This document shows positions 25,283-39,200 of a DNA stretch of 64,000 nt, piece by piece. Source of the DNA: Phoronis australis (taxonomy: Eukaryota; Animalia; Phoronida). The first letter of the stretch is position 1. Every line of letters starts with the position of its first letter. Below the pieces are notes generated by a model. The model saw only the letters and a program-made list of their open reading frames with translations, did no database searches and had not been told where the DNA came from. The stretch covers positions 475,628-539,627 of the forward strand of contig NMRA01000195.1 in NCBI GenBank assembly GCA_002633005.1, given 5' to 3'. A program made the position numbers and the translations under genes.

Positions 25283-26623
25283 TTTGGTTTCAAAACAGAC
25301 TGTGCTGGTGAGTGTACAGATAAATAATATGGAACAAAATTTTATCATCCCTGAATCAGTAGTAGGTATCAGAAATGGCTAAGGATTTCAGGAACTGAAA
25401 ACGACATGTCAATTTTATCGTGTGCGAAAGGGAAGCCTAAATCCACTTATGCAGTGTAAAGTTTGGTTTCAAAACAGATTGCGCTGGTAAATGTACAAGT
25501 AAATAATATGGAATGGACTTTCCAGCAACAGAAACAGGAGTTCATATAATAGCCCGGAAAAAACAAATCAGTAATTTTTGTTCAAAACTTTATTTTTTAT
25601 AACGCTAAACATACAAAATGCCACCAATGCTGCTTTAAATAGCAGTGTTCAGATTTAAATAGTAAATGACTAGAATGGAAGATTTAGCCAGTTCATATGA
25701 CATGTTTGCATGCAATAAGAGATTGTTGTGAAAACAGCAACATCACTTAGCACGAAATGAACATCATAAATGAATACAAAAAATGCAAATGTTACAAATT
25801 TCAACCATGAGGAATAACTGAATTTCAACACATGTGAAAATAACCATAAGAGATCAAGTAAAAAATAAAATCCAGTGTAAAATATATCAGCATTACTTCC
25901 ATACAACTCTAACTTTTGCACAGTGTCATAGATGACATCTGATGCACTTCAAAAATAAAAAATAAAACAAACATATTCATGCCAACCCTCGACACAGGCG
26001 AAAATGCTTGCTCGAAAATACGAGTGACCGCAAATTCTGCACTCGTGTTCCCGGATTTGGACTCGCAAAAAGTGACGACCTAAAAAAATGCTGAATGCTC
26101 GCTCCGTACCTGTTGGATTGTACATGTACGGGTGAGGTCAATTTCCCATTCGTACTTAACTTTTTTATCGTATTTTCAAGCATGTACACTCTTAATTATG
26201 TCGAGCCCTGCATGCAATTAATATAGTGTTGGGATAATACCAACTTTACCCTAACTAAGATTGGAATCTACCAATGGTCACTACAATACTGCGAAAAGTG
26301 CTCTTTTTGACCGCCTCTTGATTTTGAGAGGGAGCAATAGCTTTGTGTACAGAGGGACAAAGTCTGGTGTTAAAGGCACTCTGGTTCCCAACTGCAGTCT
26401 CTCTGGCGAATTATGTAAGCAAAAGGTCCAGCCAACCTAAAAATAAAAGCAACGTATCAGCAGCAGAATCTCCAGGTTTATAGAATAAGTCAATTTAATG
26501 CTTCTGTAGGCCTACTGCCAAGGAGGTTTGAAATGAGCACGTTGTATTACACTGTTTTGGAGTTCCCCGAGCAGTGACGCTAGGACCTACGCTACGACCA
26601 ACGGTCCATCTTTAGCTCCTCAA

Positions 26624-26767
26624 CATGGGCGGCGCAGCACAGAAATAAGTGAGGGGTCTATTGCCCCCCCCCCTATATGGTGCGCCCCGCGCCCATGTCC
26701 ATGAGCAGCGCAGCACTGAAATGAGTTCGGGGTATAGCCCCCAGCCCCCTATGGTGTGCCGCCCATG
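26624..26767. mobile_element. Dimeric CATGGGCGGCGCA MITE
   Basis: Two ~65-bp units, each bounded by catg(g/a)gc...gcccatg; same family as 44221 and 46774. Confidence 0.7.
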
Positions 26768-27141
26768 CTGCGGCTCGCAGATATACCTCTCTCTTTATTA
26801 TCGTAGAGGGGCTGATGCCCGTGTTGCCAGCCAGCTATGTATGAGGACAATCGTCAAATATTTAGTGTACAGCTTCGCGCCAACGCTAATGCTTGTGGTG
26901 GCGGACGGGCAGAGTGTGCTGACTGAGCAACGTTAGAGAAGGGCGGCATAGGATCGAATGGAAGGTGGCAATTAAGGTCCGTCGTCGAATGACGCTGCCC
27001 ATATGGAACGGTCCACTTACAGAAACTGACTAACGCTCACGGACGCACGGCAGGAGAGACTCGTGGCCGAGAACCTACCCAGTAGCATATACTCGCTGGT
27101 TCCCTGCTTGTACACTAGGGGATAGAGAACACGCAGTCGGG

Positions 27142-30100
27142 TCTCGCTGGTTCCCTGCGTGCCGCTAGGTGGCCAGTACGCAGGTATCTCTTAATTTTCC
27201 TCGGGAAATTTTTTTACACCAGCGCTTCTGATTGGCTAGTCGAATTCTCAACAGGCAGCGTTTTACGCAAACAAACTGGCATGTCTGATGGACTGAAGTG
27301 TTAATGTGGTCTGTTGTACAGACAAATCGGTGGATAAAATTTATGTTCAGGAAATGTGAATCCCAGAAATTGTGATTGCGCCTTTTCGGATTGAATCTTT
27401 CTACTGTCGATGACTTTGTTTACGATACTGCCCTGTATTCATACACACCGGTTAAATTGACCAGATATGTGTTTATTGTTCATACATGTATCTGTGCTTC
27501 AAGCACGCGGCCATTAAACATCACTGCAAAAACGAAATATTTGCTGCGACGTCACTTGCATGATAAGGCTAAAAATCGTTCACAGTCGCCATTTTTTCAC
27601 GGTGGTCAAAGACGCTAACAAGACTATTCACCAAGGCCGCCGCCATTATTGTGTCATGGACCGTGGCGACACCTAGCGGGTGTGTGTGGGCCGACGAAGT
27701 ACGCAAGGCATTCACTATGGCCGATCTTAGTTTGTCAAATTCAAAATTGTCAGTGAAGTGTCTTTGTTTAAAATATTGAAAACAAAAAACACGAGCAATG
27801 TAATGGAAAAATACACACAGGCAAAATATAGAGTAAACCAAGAAAAAATTTGGGCAGCAAAGGTAACATAAATTACGAGAAATAAATCATAAGCAAGAGG
27901 GAGATTCAGTAATAAGAGCTGAGCAGATGAAAGTAGGTTATTGGAGAATGGGCAGGAACTGAACCTGTAGGATTTTGTCCAGGGGGGGGTCAGGAGTGTA
28001 ATAAACATCAAATGGGTCTGCTGAAGAAGAGATAGGAGTGGGGGGTGCCCCTCAACCAATTGAAAGGTTGGGGGCAGAGATAGCTTTCTTCCCCCAATAT
28101 TCCAGGTGTTAATATCAATTAATTAACAATTAATTATGTAAGCTTTTAACACACAAACTTTGTTTTAAAATAAAATGGAGAAATTACTAGATCTTTCTTT
28201 CGAAAATTCACATCTTAAAGACGTTCTAGATTCAAGCACTTGTGTCTGTGCCCTTTTACATGAAACTGTCCCAAATATCGACCCAAATGGGTCATATCCA
28301 GGATTTTTCAAAGGGGGGTCGGATAATGATTTTTTAAGAAAGGTTGTCCAAGTCAACAATTTGAAAATTCTAGCATTGATATCACTACGATCAAGGAAAA
28401 TGAGGGGTCCAGACCCCTTTAACCTGCCACCCTGGATCTGCCTGTACTCAACTGAGTTGGTAAATCTTTTAGGCATTTTTTTGTTCTTTGCTCACAGTTT
28501 TTATATTTTACTATCATTTTATCTTTATTATGAACTCCTCTTTTGACTTATGATGTTTTATAATAATATAACTAAAAACTGAGCTCTTAATTCAGTCAAA
28601 ACATTTAGGGACTTAGTCCTTAAATTAGGTGCATTGCATGAAAAGATCCCTACTTATTTTCAATCATTGAGAANNNNNNNNNNNNNNNNNNNNNNNNNNN
28701 NNNNNNNNNNNNNNNNNNNNNNNNNNNNNNNNNNNNNNNNNNNNNNNNNNNNNNNNNNNNNNNNNNNNNNNNNNNNNNNNNNNNNNNNNNNNNNNNNNNN
28801 NNNNNNNNNNNNNNNNNNNNNNNNNNNNNNNNNNNNNNNNNNNNNNNNNNNNNNNNNNNNNNNNNNNNNNNNNNNNNNNNNNNNNNNNNNNNNNNNNNNN
28901 NNNNNNNNNNNNNNNNNNNNNNNNNNNNNNNNNNNNNNNNNNNNNNNNNNNNNNNNNNNNNNNNNNNNNNNNNNNNNNNNNNNNNNNNNNNNNNNNNNNN
29001 NNNNNNNNNNNNNNNNNNNNNNNNNNNNNNNNNNNNNNNNNNNNNNNNNNNNNNNNNNNNNNNNNNNNNNNNNNNNNNNNNNNNNNNNNNNNNNNNNNNN
29101 NNNNNNNNNNNNNNNNNNNNNNNNNNNNNNNNNNNNNNNNNNNNNNNNNNNNNNNNNNNNNNNNNNNNNNNNNNNNNNNNNNNNNNNNNNNNNNNNNNNN
29201 NNNNNNNNNNNNNNNNNNNNNNNNNNNNNNNNNNNNNNNNNNNNNNNNNNNNNNNNNNNNNNNNNNNNNNNNNNNNNNNNNNNNNNNNNNNNNNNNNNNN
29301 NNNNNNNNNNNNNNNNNNNNNNNNNNNNNNNNNNNNNNNNNNNNNNNNNNNNNNNNNNNNNNNNNNNNNNNNNNNNNNNNNNNNNNNNNNNNNNNNNNNN
29401 NNNNNNNNNNNNNNNNNNNNNNNNNNNNNNNNNNNNNNNNNNNNNNNNNNNNNNNNNNNNNNNNNNNNNNNNNNNNNNNNNNNNNNNNNNNNNNNNCCTA
29501 CGCACCGTAAGTTACGTTCAGTGCTCAATGTGATACGGTGGGCTTTAGGCGCCTACTTACCTCTAATTTTACCACTACAGCACTGTACTGGAACAAGTTA
29601 ACATCACAGCATTTCTCCTTAGCAGGTCCTCACACTTGCTGTTTATCACCTATCTCTTGGATCTGAATGTATAAACACTGAAGTGAATTGAAGAAGTGAA
29701 AGAAATTACAGTTTAGATCCAATCATAGAATAGAAACACAAGTTATCAATAGGCCCTAAGTCATGAAACACATGCAAGACAATTTCGGTTATAGTTTGAT
29801 AGGTGGGTCCCTCACTCAAAATTCATTTGAGAACCAGTTACTACCACTGAATAACGGGCGTAATTCATTGGGAGTAACTGGCTCTAAAATCAAGTACTTA
29901 GTACCCATCATCCCGGCCATATGTCACGGATTACCACAATTTTGCTTTGAGTAATCAAATAAAACCTTGAAACTTAAAGGTAAGAAAAGTTCAAATCACT
30001 CTGCCAACATCAATGGTTGACAGGCAGCATTTTCACAAAAAGAATTCTTTGTATCACTCGTATATCTCACCTGTCTTTATCAGTCAGTGGGGAGTGCAAG

Positions 30101-30519
30101 TCCCGGTTTTTCTGCAGCGCAAAAAGCTCCTCTGATCCTCTTTTAGGGACTGCAGCCGGCATATCTTGTTTTGAAGTTACTTGACACAGCACTACCCTCA
30201 GAGGTATCAACTATGGGAAATCTATATGAACTACATGATCAGATAAAATATCTTGTCTCTGTGACCACTGACCACGAGTATCAGCCATATTCCTTTTTTC
30301 CCACACACACCCGCTAGACGTCTCTACGGTCCATGGAACAACAATGGCCGCCAGTGGCCGTCCAATAGGATTTCGCTAGGTGCAACGTCTCCCTCTCTAC
30401 GGTCTCTGCGGTGGTGTAAAGCCAACCAATGACTGCTGAGGTTACATCAACCAATGCTAAAGCGCGTGCCACTGCGTGATACCTGCGTGCTGGCTAGGCA
30501 CGCTAGGGAACCAGCGAGA
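27142..30519. mobile_element. ~3.4-kb TIR DNA transposon derivative with 8-bp TSD, spanning the large N gap
   Basis: TIR tctcgctggttccct...gcaggtatc / gatacctgc...agggaaccagcgaga; subterminal inverted block 27635-27690 vs 30300-30352; TSD cagtcggg / cagccggg. Confidence 0.65.
28674..29497. other. Assembly gap (run of N)
   Basis: Directly visible; the poly-X ORFs here are artefacts. Confidence 0.99.
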
Positions 30520-30673
30520 CAGCCGGGTATCATACAGTAGCACGCGTTTTATCACTCATTCCGAGCTTGGCCTGAGAATTATTTCATGGGCTCATTAAAT
30601 CCTTGTGGGCTCAACCAATCAAATGTTATAAAAGTTATTGCATTCTAGATTATTATTGAAGAATGTGACTGTA

Positions 30674-31554
30674 CAGTGGCGGATCTAGGATATTACAAGG
30701 GGGGCCCAACTTTTTGTCCGGCTGTAAGCATTTGCGCAAACTGAACCACGATTGTAGATGCGCATATCACCGAAGTGGGGGGAGGGCAAACCCCCCTCCC
30801 GCCCAAGAAATTTTTGGTTTTTACCTCTAAAAATCAAGCATTTTCCTTGAGTCCTGAAGACAAAAGAGGCAAAAAAGAAAAAAAAAAGAAAAAAGGAAGA
30901 ACGTGTCGAACAGGAAAAACTGCATGAACCTAAGACTCGAACTCACGACCTGGCGGATAGAGCGCGCGTGCGTTACCACTACACCACCACAACTTAACTA
31001 CAAATCTCTTTCTATGAGACCTACTTATTTACGGTCCACAGCGTTTGCGCGTGAAACCTACTTCTTTTTGTAATGCTTATTACACGTTTTATTTTTTGAG
31101 CCATCAATTCTTAACAAATTTGTCGTATTTAAAATAGTCTTCAAATGCCCAAAAACCAAATCCGTGTTTCGTGTTGGCAATAATGACGGGATTGCTTTGG
31201 AAATCGTCTTAAGATAAGGCTTGACAAAGAGAGTATTGCGAGTTTCTGAGTGATTCACTAAGGCTTCGATTAAAATCCACATCTTACCAGCAGCTTCTGT
31301 TTTTTCATCGCCACTCAGGTGCCATTTTCTTTAAAAATGAAGTAAATTTTCTTCATTGCACAGTGAAGCAGACGACGAAAACGGAGTCGTAGTGCGCAGC
31401 GCATCTGCCGGTCGCCTGGGATATCGCGGGAGAGCCTATACTTAGCCATAGTTCCGTTACGAATGCGCCGTGTTCCAAATTTGACACTTGAAATTGGATT
31501 TGAGCCCCCCCCCTCACCCCNCCCCCCTGCCCCCCCCCCCTAAATCCGCCTATG
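30674..31554. mobile_element. Non-autonomous element (CAGTGGCGGAT...ATCCGCCTATG), 5-bp TSD CTGTA
   Basis: TIR plus a perfect ctgta duplication; carries a tRNA-like module. Confidence 0.75.
30923..30990 (-). other. tRNA-derived module (SINE-head-like), not a functional tRNA
   Basis: A box TGGTGTAGTGG and B box GAGTTCGAGTC at tRNA-like spacing; acceptor and anticodon stems pair poorly. Confidence 0.55.
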
Positions 31555-34500
31555 CTGTATCAAACGGCATCATAGCTCCAACTAATGTAAAAGTTATATA
31601 TAATTTTGTGAATGCCTCACTAAATTTTTCAAAGCAGCTATGAGGAAACTACAATATATTGTGAAATCTTTGCCTGTAGAGTGTGTTCGAATAACGTCAT
31701 CAAATAAGTCAGCCGCCATGTCATAGGAAAAACATTTCAGTACGGTTGTGGTATCGTGAAGCAGACACATTTCTTAGCTGAATTCTCGGCGGAATTTACG
31801 TGGTATGATGGTGAATTTTTGTTCAATAGTTGTCTCCTCTAACAGAGGTGATAGAGATGTTACGTCGTTCTATCGTATTTCAAAAATTATTGACCATGTA
31901 GGGGAAAAGACCGAAGAGTTGTCGGCTGAATAGGGCAGTCAAATTAATTTTTCTCGTTTTGAAGAATTTTTTCAATATCATCGGAAAGATAATGCATGCC
32001 ACAGAAGAAAAATAAAAAGTTATCAAAATCTGGTTAAGCACTACAAAAATACTGCAACGTTTGTGGTAAAATTTGGATCACTTGATGCTTGAATCGCGTC
32101 TGCCTCTTGGACGACAGCGGTATAAGTTACAAGTTTAAAACTTTAAAAGTCATTTTCACCAATATTTTGCAAAAAAATTAGTGAGACATATCTTTACCTA
32201 CCATTCTGTACGATTTAATATTTTCGTCAAAATTTAGTCAAAAAGATGTTACTTATTGAGTTATAAAGGGCTTGCAATTCGGGCAGCGACAACATGGTGA
32301 TTTGCTAAACAGAAGGACATGTTCAACCGGCTCCTTCATTGGTAATTGATGAAGATACATTTTCCTAAACGTTGTTATAAAAAAAAAAACAATAAACGTT
32401 GTACAATTTTCAGGTTTTGCGCTAAAAATATAAGAAACATTCTAATCATTTCACAATGAATTGACAATTCAGTTGAAAACCCAGACTTCAGAAGTGTCAA
32501 ACTTTTTATCTTTTGCACGCTCAACTCTTTTTTTTTAATTTTGTATAACGATTGGTGATTATTTAGAAGGGGTTTGGCGCTCTCAAAATGGGAAAATAAT
32601 TTCTGTTTTCACTTTTTAAATGTAGAATGTTCCGATTAAGCTTAAAATGTTAGAAAAAAATAAGACTTTTGGTGAAAAAATAAAAAACTTGACCTCATTT
32701 TCATGTAAAAGCAACCTTCGCTTCCCTTTATTGGACCTATCTAATTGCCGAAGTGCGTAAAAATTGGCCAGGTGCAGGTGGCGTCCACATTGCGTGTTGT
32801 TAATTTGACTCAATTTCGAAAGCAAATGTCGCATGGACTACGGAAATGTCGTCGAAATCCGTAAAAAATGAAATAAGGATACTGAGTGTTTCTGGATCTC
32901 TTAATGAAAGTTTTATTTCATATATCATCTTTTCAAAAATTGCTAAACTTGGACTTTCAGCACTGCAGACTCATAGGTTCAAAAACAATGTTCCCAGCCT
33001 CCTTGTTCCCCTGTATCTATGTATTCCCTTCTCGACTTTCCCTGTTCCGAAGTGGAACTTTTATGGGGGTAAAGGCTCTTTCATACTAACTTTAACTCCG
33101 TTATGAGCGGAGCGTCGACGTAAACTGCGAAGTTAATTAATGGAGGTGACGCAGTCATCATAGAAGTAATCGCAAGGTAGCACTGATGCATCCCTTGCAC
33201 GTTAAGATTTTTAGGTGACAATTTGAGAACATTTGTGTGTGCTAATTGACATAAAATTTATTTTTAATTCTATCGCTGATTATTCGAGAAAAATATAAAG
33301 AAATATCGACGAGGTGTCATTGCTTAAGTCTATGCTTGAAAACCATATGTCTGGCGTGTGATTAAACTTTTTTCAGTAATTGTGAAGTGGAATCGTAATA
33401 CCAAATTTCTGTCTTAAGTCTGACGTCACTTTCATGAAACAAGTGGTTTATAATTTTCTGGAAACATTTTCAGTTTCGTGTGATATTTAAAGAAAAGGGT
33501 GTTTTGGCTGCACCAGCACCCCTGTCGACGCCAAGAATCCCCCCAACCAACAGTTTCACATCGGCCGCAACAGTTTCACATTGGTCGATTTAGCATAAAC
33601 GCAAGCCTTATGAGGAGTATAAGCACAGACGAATAAGACTTCGCCAACCTTTCTTGCCCCAGCGGTTCCAGATTTCAGATTCCTGGCTATTGCTACCAGT
33701 TCTACTCCTGCTCGTCACCAGCTCCGTACCGCCCTCGCAAAAAGCGTCATGACTTTGCTGTTTGAGGATCAAATCAATGGGACAGCCATCATAAACATGG
33801 AATCCATGATTCAATAAAAATTTACGAGAAAGCTTCACATTCTAATGAATTCATATATGAAGCGTCAAAGGAGTGCCCCTCTGTGTGTTGCACGAATAAC
33901 TAATTCAGCACGTTGAACAAGCAAATCTACGCGTTGATCAAGCAAATGTGCGAGTTAAATGAGAGCAGAACGATGATCGTTTAAGAACTAACTCAGCTCG
34001 TTGATTAAGTAAAATTACGCGTTGATTAAAGACATTTCAAGGCCCAGAAAGAACACTTTGGGGCTTCATACATTCTGGACCTGAACGCATTACGGCTGTT
34101 TCGAGTTTTGGGTACGTGTGATTCACACCAGGATTATTTGATGTTATTAGGACACTAAAAGACGTTCCCCCAAAGTCACTCTTTAGGGGGTATAAAGTGA
34201 AACAAGGAACTCCTGTTGCGGACTGTGATTTCATGGGAAACACGGGGAGAAACTCTTATTGAGTAATAAATTTCGGTTATGGCTTCGTCTATTTCCAAGA
34301 CCGAAAGTGAAGCCAAAGGTAAATATTCAGTTTGTTAGGGTACACTTTTGAGAATATATCTTTAATAGGGTCACGCTTTGAAGGATATACTTTGAAAGGG
34401 CAAGATTTGAAGGTGATTGACTCACGGCCCGGGGCTGTTTAGAAACACTTTGTTGAAACATTAAAACCTAATCTACATATCCGAGGAGACATCAGAAATA

Positions 34501-35049
34501 GAACTCCCTGGATCTCATCAATGAATATCAAAATTCTACGACACACAAATTTCTTAGAGAGTCATTCCAGATTGGCTGAAATCATATACTGCACTTTGGG
34601 GTCAGATGATAAAAATTTCTCAAATTTCCGCCTGCCTCACTGAAGCATCATCAATTTCTTATAAGATTAGCTTATAATTGTCAAGAAATCGTCCATACAT
34701 CAATCAATTTTTGTAGATATATCAACACGTAAATCACAAATCAACGAACCCTTGAAGTTTACGACAAGGAACACGACATGTTCAGCCGTTACAGTAGATA
34801 AAACCTCAATTAAAACACAAAAAACACACTGTGCACTCTGTGATTTATAGAGAATCCTACACTCGTCTCAGGTTTATGGCATGGGCAAAAGTTCTTGGAA
34901 ATAACGTCAAAATCCCTCTCAGCAAGCCTAGAGATTTTGACGAGGATTTGCCCATGTCAAAAACGTGCGACGAACGCAGGATTTGTCGTGTCACATGAAC
35001 CGTGAAAAAGATTTTTTTGTCTTTGTTTTTTAGCAATCACATCAGTATA

Positions 35050-35112
35050 AAGACACACGCACGCACACACACAGACACATACAAACAGAAATACATACAT
35101 GCACACATACAC
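35050..35112. repeat. Degenerate (CA)/(CATA) microsatellite
   Basis: Directly visible. Confidence 0.7.
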
Positions 35113-36068
35113 GTTATGTATTTTGTTTGAAGAAAATACTTTGTTGTACAGTGTAGGACTCAATCCACGTGTTGAACATATAACTGCCAATTAACTCTTC
35201 GCAACGGGCAACAGTGCGAATCTTGTGAAAATGGTATGATTAATTATCTATTATTTGCAGCGCTGGTCAAATGTCCTTAACTGCGTATATTCGCTGACCC
35301 AACGGTGGCAAAGAACTCGTGGAGAGAAACCAAAAGACGTTTGATAATATAGAGACAAGATGTTGTTTTAAATCCTGTTTATTGAACCACAGTTATTTGT
35401 CTACACTCTCCAATAACCACACTGTTAATTGAACAAAAGGGAACTCCTCCAACTCCTCTACCATTCCATGACTTTAAAAAATGACTGCTGGGACTATGAT
35501 GACCCCGTTGTCCAAATGTTTGGCAGATCATGTAGCAGACCCCTAAACTCTTGGGCAAAAAGAAGGCTTCACCTGAGACCTCGTTGGAAACTCTCACATC
35601 CATCCAAACCCACGCACCTCCCAATTTTAAGTAATAATATATTTCACAAACGTTCGGTTGAAAACGAGGTCCTATATAGTATTTGATTGATAATCAAAAC
35701 AATCAACAATGTAAAACTACGCCATATTCAAGTCCATGCTCGATCAAGTTCTATGTAGCTCTACGGTTGTCCTGCGATCACCGTTTTGAGGATCGCCCCT
35801 GACGATGTCTAGAGGGAGACAAATTACTGGGTAATTTTACTGTACAGGTATGTAGTATTGTTAGGTGACTTGAATGTGACTACACTATCATTAGATTTGT
35901 TTATCTGTTTTAATACTATGAGCATGGTACAGTATTATTTGACCTGACCCTTGGTGAGAGATCTAACTGTCGTCAGTTTTAAATGTAAATGGGACGTCAG
36001 TTTCAACCGAAATACCTCTAAGACTTCACACCCACAATTATAAAAATAAGGGGATATTTCGGGTCCAC

Positions 36069-36247
36069 CTATTCACGGCAACCCACTGCGTCCTTGACTG
36101 CTTTCACTATGGCGGAGGAGTCGATCCCGAACATGGTCATAAGTTGTGGACCTGGGCCGCTGCGAGGTACAGAACCGATGGCTAAATGTTTGACAGTGAT
36201 GTCTCCGTGAGGTGCGCAAGCGGCCATGACTGCTTCGCCTAGACCGC
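36069..36247 (-). CDS. TKT: Transketolase terminal coding exon
   Basis: [10 protein letters not shown]...[33 protein letters not shown]. Confidence 0.92.
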
Positions 36248-39200
36248 CTGAAAGGATAAATGGAGTGCTGTAGGTCAGAAGCCTCGTCCTATATGACCAG
36301 CAAAGCTCACGGAAGACTATCGAGTTATAATGGGTAGAGTTCAGTTGCTGTCTCGCAGCCAGAAAACTCTTGTCAAAATCACGTGTTCTCATTTAAAATA
36401 AACGGCAATATCTCGCGAAATCTTGCTTTCCTAACGAGGTCCAAGCGTTACTGAACTTTACCCTAGAACTGCCGCTCAGGTTACTGTTGGCATCAAGGTT
36501 CAAGAAGCGTATAAGAAATAGAAAATTCCAAACGAGTCTCAGATTTATGACATGGGCAAAAATCTCTTGGAAATTTCTCAGGGGTTTTACCCGGACATAA
36601 ATCTGAGATGAGTGCAGGATTTGTTTTCTCACATGAACTGTAAAAACGACCTTTTTCCTGAAAAACTCGATGTGTCTAAAACTTCCAACCACATGGCGCA
36701 TCTTTTGTAAAAACACGCTTGCGCAATGTAAATCAATACATTTACTTTATGTTAATAGCTTTACTTTAAACTTAACAATTGTAAATGGCATTCACCTTTC
36801 GTAGCAAACATTCAAGTTAGAATCTAATAAATAGTCTTTGAAGTTGTAATATTAAAACATAATAATTAACAGTCAGCAAGGCTTCCCGCGCGTGAGCACT
36901 GAATTGACTTAGAGACAGCACATCTAGACAGTCTCTCCGCAGTTGGGGCTCGTCTTCGTTTGAACGTGGATATGGAATTCACCACCGCAGATGGAAGTTC
37001 TTTGCATGTCCTTCCGACTGGAAGTACGTACAGTTATGACACCCAATTTGTCAATCACAACCTCGTCACCATCTCGGACTTCCGGCATTGTTTGGTTGGC
37101 GAGCGTTTGGTTGTTTTACTGTTTTGCAGACGAAAAAATGTAAGGCGTATGGATCTCTACTTTGCACTATCTGTGATTCGCCCATGTAACATCAGAAAGT
37201 TACGTACTTGGTGTTATTAACCAGTCATGTCGTAACACATTCCAAGTCGTTTGAGAAAATCCAGACATGCGTTGCGTATACGCAAGAAACTAGCAAAAAA
37301 GCAAGACCACGTCGATGCTCTAGGCCGCCGCTCTATGCTGACACAGATGTCATAGGCTTTTGCGAACGTTAGGTTTTGGATCGCAAACAGCCGTTTTTGA
37401 ATATCCACGATTTGGACAGCACAGACCAGATGGTCTCGTAACATGTCACTGAGAGTATCTACAAAGTTGCATGTCGCCGGCAACTCCTGTAGCTGACATA
37501 ACTTGCAATGGACTCCGGTTTTTCACGAACCGCGGAGTTAAACTTAAAACGACTCACAATCGGATTCGGTGTAGGCGCAGTGGTCAGTTAACTTTTTGAT
37601 CAGCTGTGAAAACGTTACATCAACTGGCTCATCCCATTGGTATGTCCTTGGACCACAGGTGGTCAAGAATATCGCGAGCTTCTTCTGCGCCTTATCGATA
37701 TCATTTGCCACAAAGTAAAAGTCCGGCCTTTCCGCATAACTCGACCAAGTAGCAACCTGTCCATTAAGCGCACTAAACTGTACCGTGAACGGCCATACCG
37801 TTCCTTGTCGTTTATCCTCGTCGCCAGATGTGATTACCGAAGGTAACAAATAAAAATGATCACATTTACTATGCATAATTATCTGAGAGCAGCTAAGAAA
37901 TACACACCAGTCCTGGCCACCAGCCAAACTTGAACTGAACACGAGGTCTCTAACAACACTGACTAGACTGAAAACATGCCTACTATTCAATGATTGGTCT
38001 AGACAGTTACCACAGAATGCCAATCAGTGTTTTGAAAGATAAAGAAGCAACATGATGGCAAGATATGATGCTTTCTAGCCTCTCTGGACTATTATTGCTG
38101 CAAATTGTATTTTTCGTAACACAGATTAAAAATGGCAAGAAGTTTAAAACGTTTTACATGTACCTTCGTAATAGTGGTCTTCGACCACCAAAATTTTGCC
38201 GTCCGTCAAGTGTGCATTGTTGACAATTAGAGTGTTATCCAGGGGCTTTACAGTGAACGGGTCAATTATGAGACAATTGACGCCTGATGCCGCCAGCTCG
38301 TCAGCTGCGTTCATTGCGTTCACCAAGGTAACACCCGCGGCAACGATGGTAATGTCACTTCGGTTGCTTTTCCTGACAACCTGCAAGAGATTATCGCCAC
38401 AGGCTACAGCCAAGTCAATATAGGTTTCTAACCTTTCTGCTAAAACACGTCTTAACAAAGGAGGTCTATACAATATAGGCAGTTAATATTATGTAGGAAC
38501 TCATTCAGCCAAATATCTACAAAACCATCGACTCCCACTGGGTAAACGTATATGGTTTCTGAAAGTAGAAAACCTGTAGAATTTTATTTTTCGACTTTAC
38601 CAATCTGTTATTATAATTGGGTCACATGACCATGTCTTCCGTAAAATTTAGGAAAAAAGATTGGTACATCCATAGCAAAACAAGACACCAATAATGTGAT
38701 CAAAAATAACATGATATTAATGATCAAGATAAAATTTGGAAAACGCTGTTGCAGTTTTCTAAATTTTCATTTCGTTTTTGTTAAATGCAAATTTTGATTT
38801 TTTCATAAAAGACATCCTACTTTGATAGCCCCTCCTGAAAAAGTGGAACATTGTATATCAATTTTTAACAGCGTTGGTTAGAACAGTGAATGAATCATCT
38901 CAAAGTTTCATATGAATTCTATCAGTCATTTCTGAGGTATGATGTTTCGAAAGTTAGCCAAATTTGGACATTTTTGTAGTGCTCTTTATGACCTTGTATC
39001 TCCTGATGATCTGAAACAGGGTCTATTGACCTTTCAACTTATTGTTGTACCTTTGCTTGTCCAATCTGGAACTGCTCGTTATTTTCATATAGAACAGGTG
39101 CGTCGGCGCGGCTGGCACGGATGAAGGTCATTCCCTGATAGTTAGCCGCCAACACCACGGCATTCTCCATGGAAACGGCGTCACTAGGGTAGAACACTGC

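Noticed and set aside
28634-29533. Three ~290-aa ORFs
   Set aside because: Made of N-gap codons.
35429-35686. Neuropeptide-precursor-like ORF with several KR sites and two Cys
   Set aside because: No signal peptide, an in-frame stop immediately upstream and no usable acceptor; it overlaps the likely TKT 3' UTR on the opposite strand.
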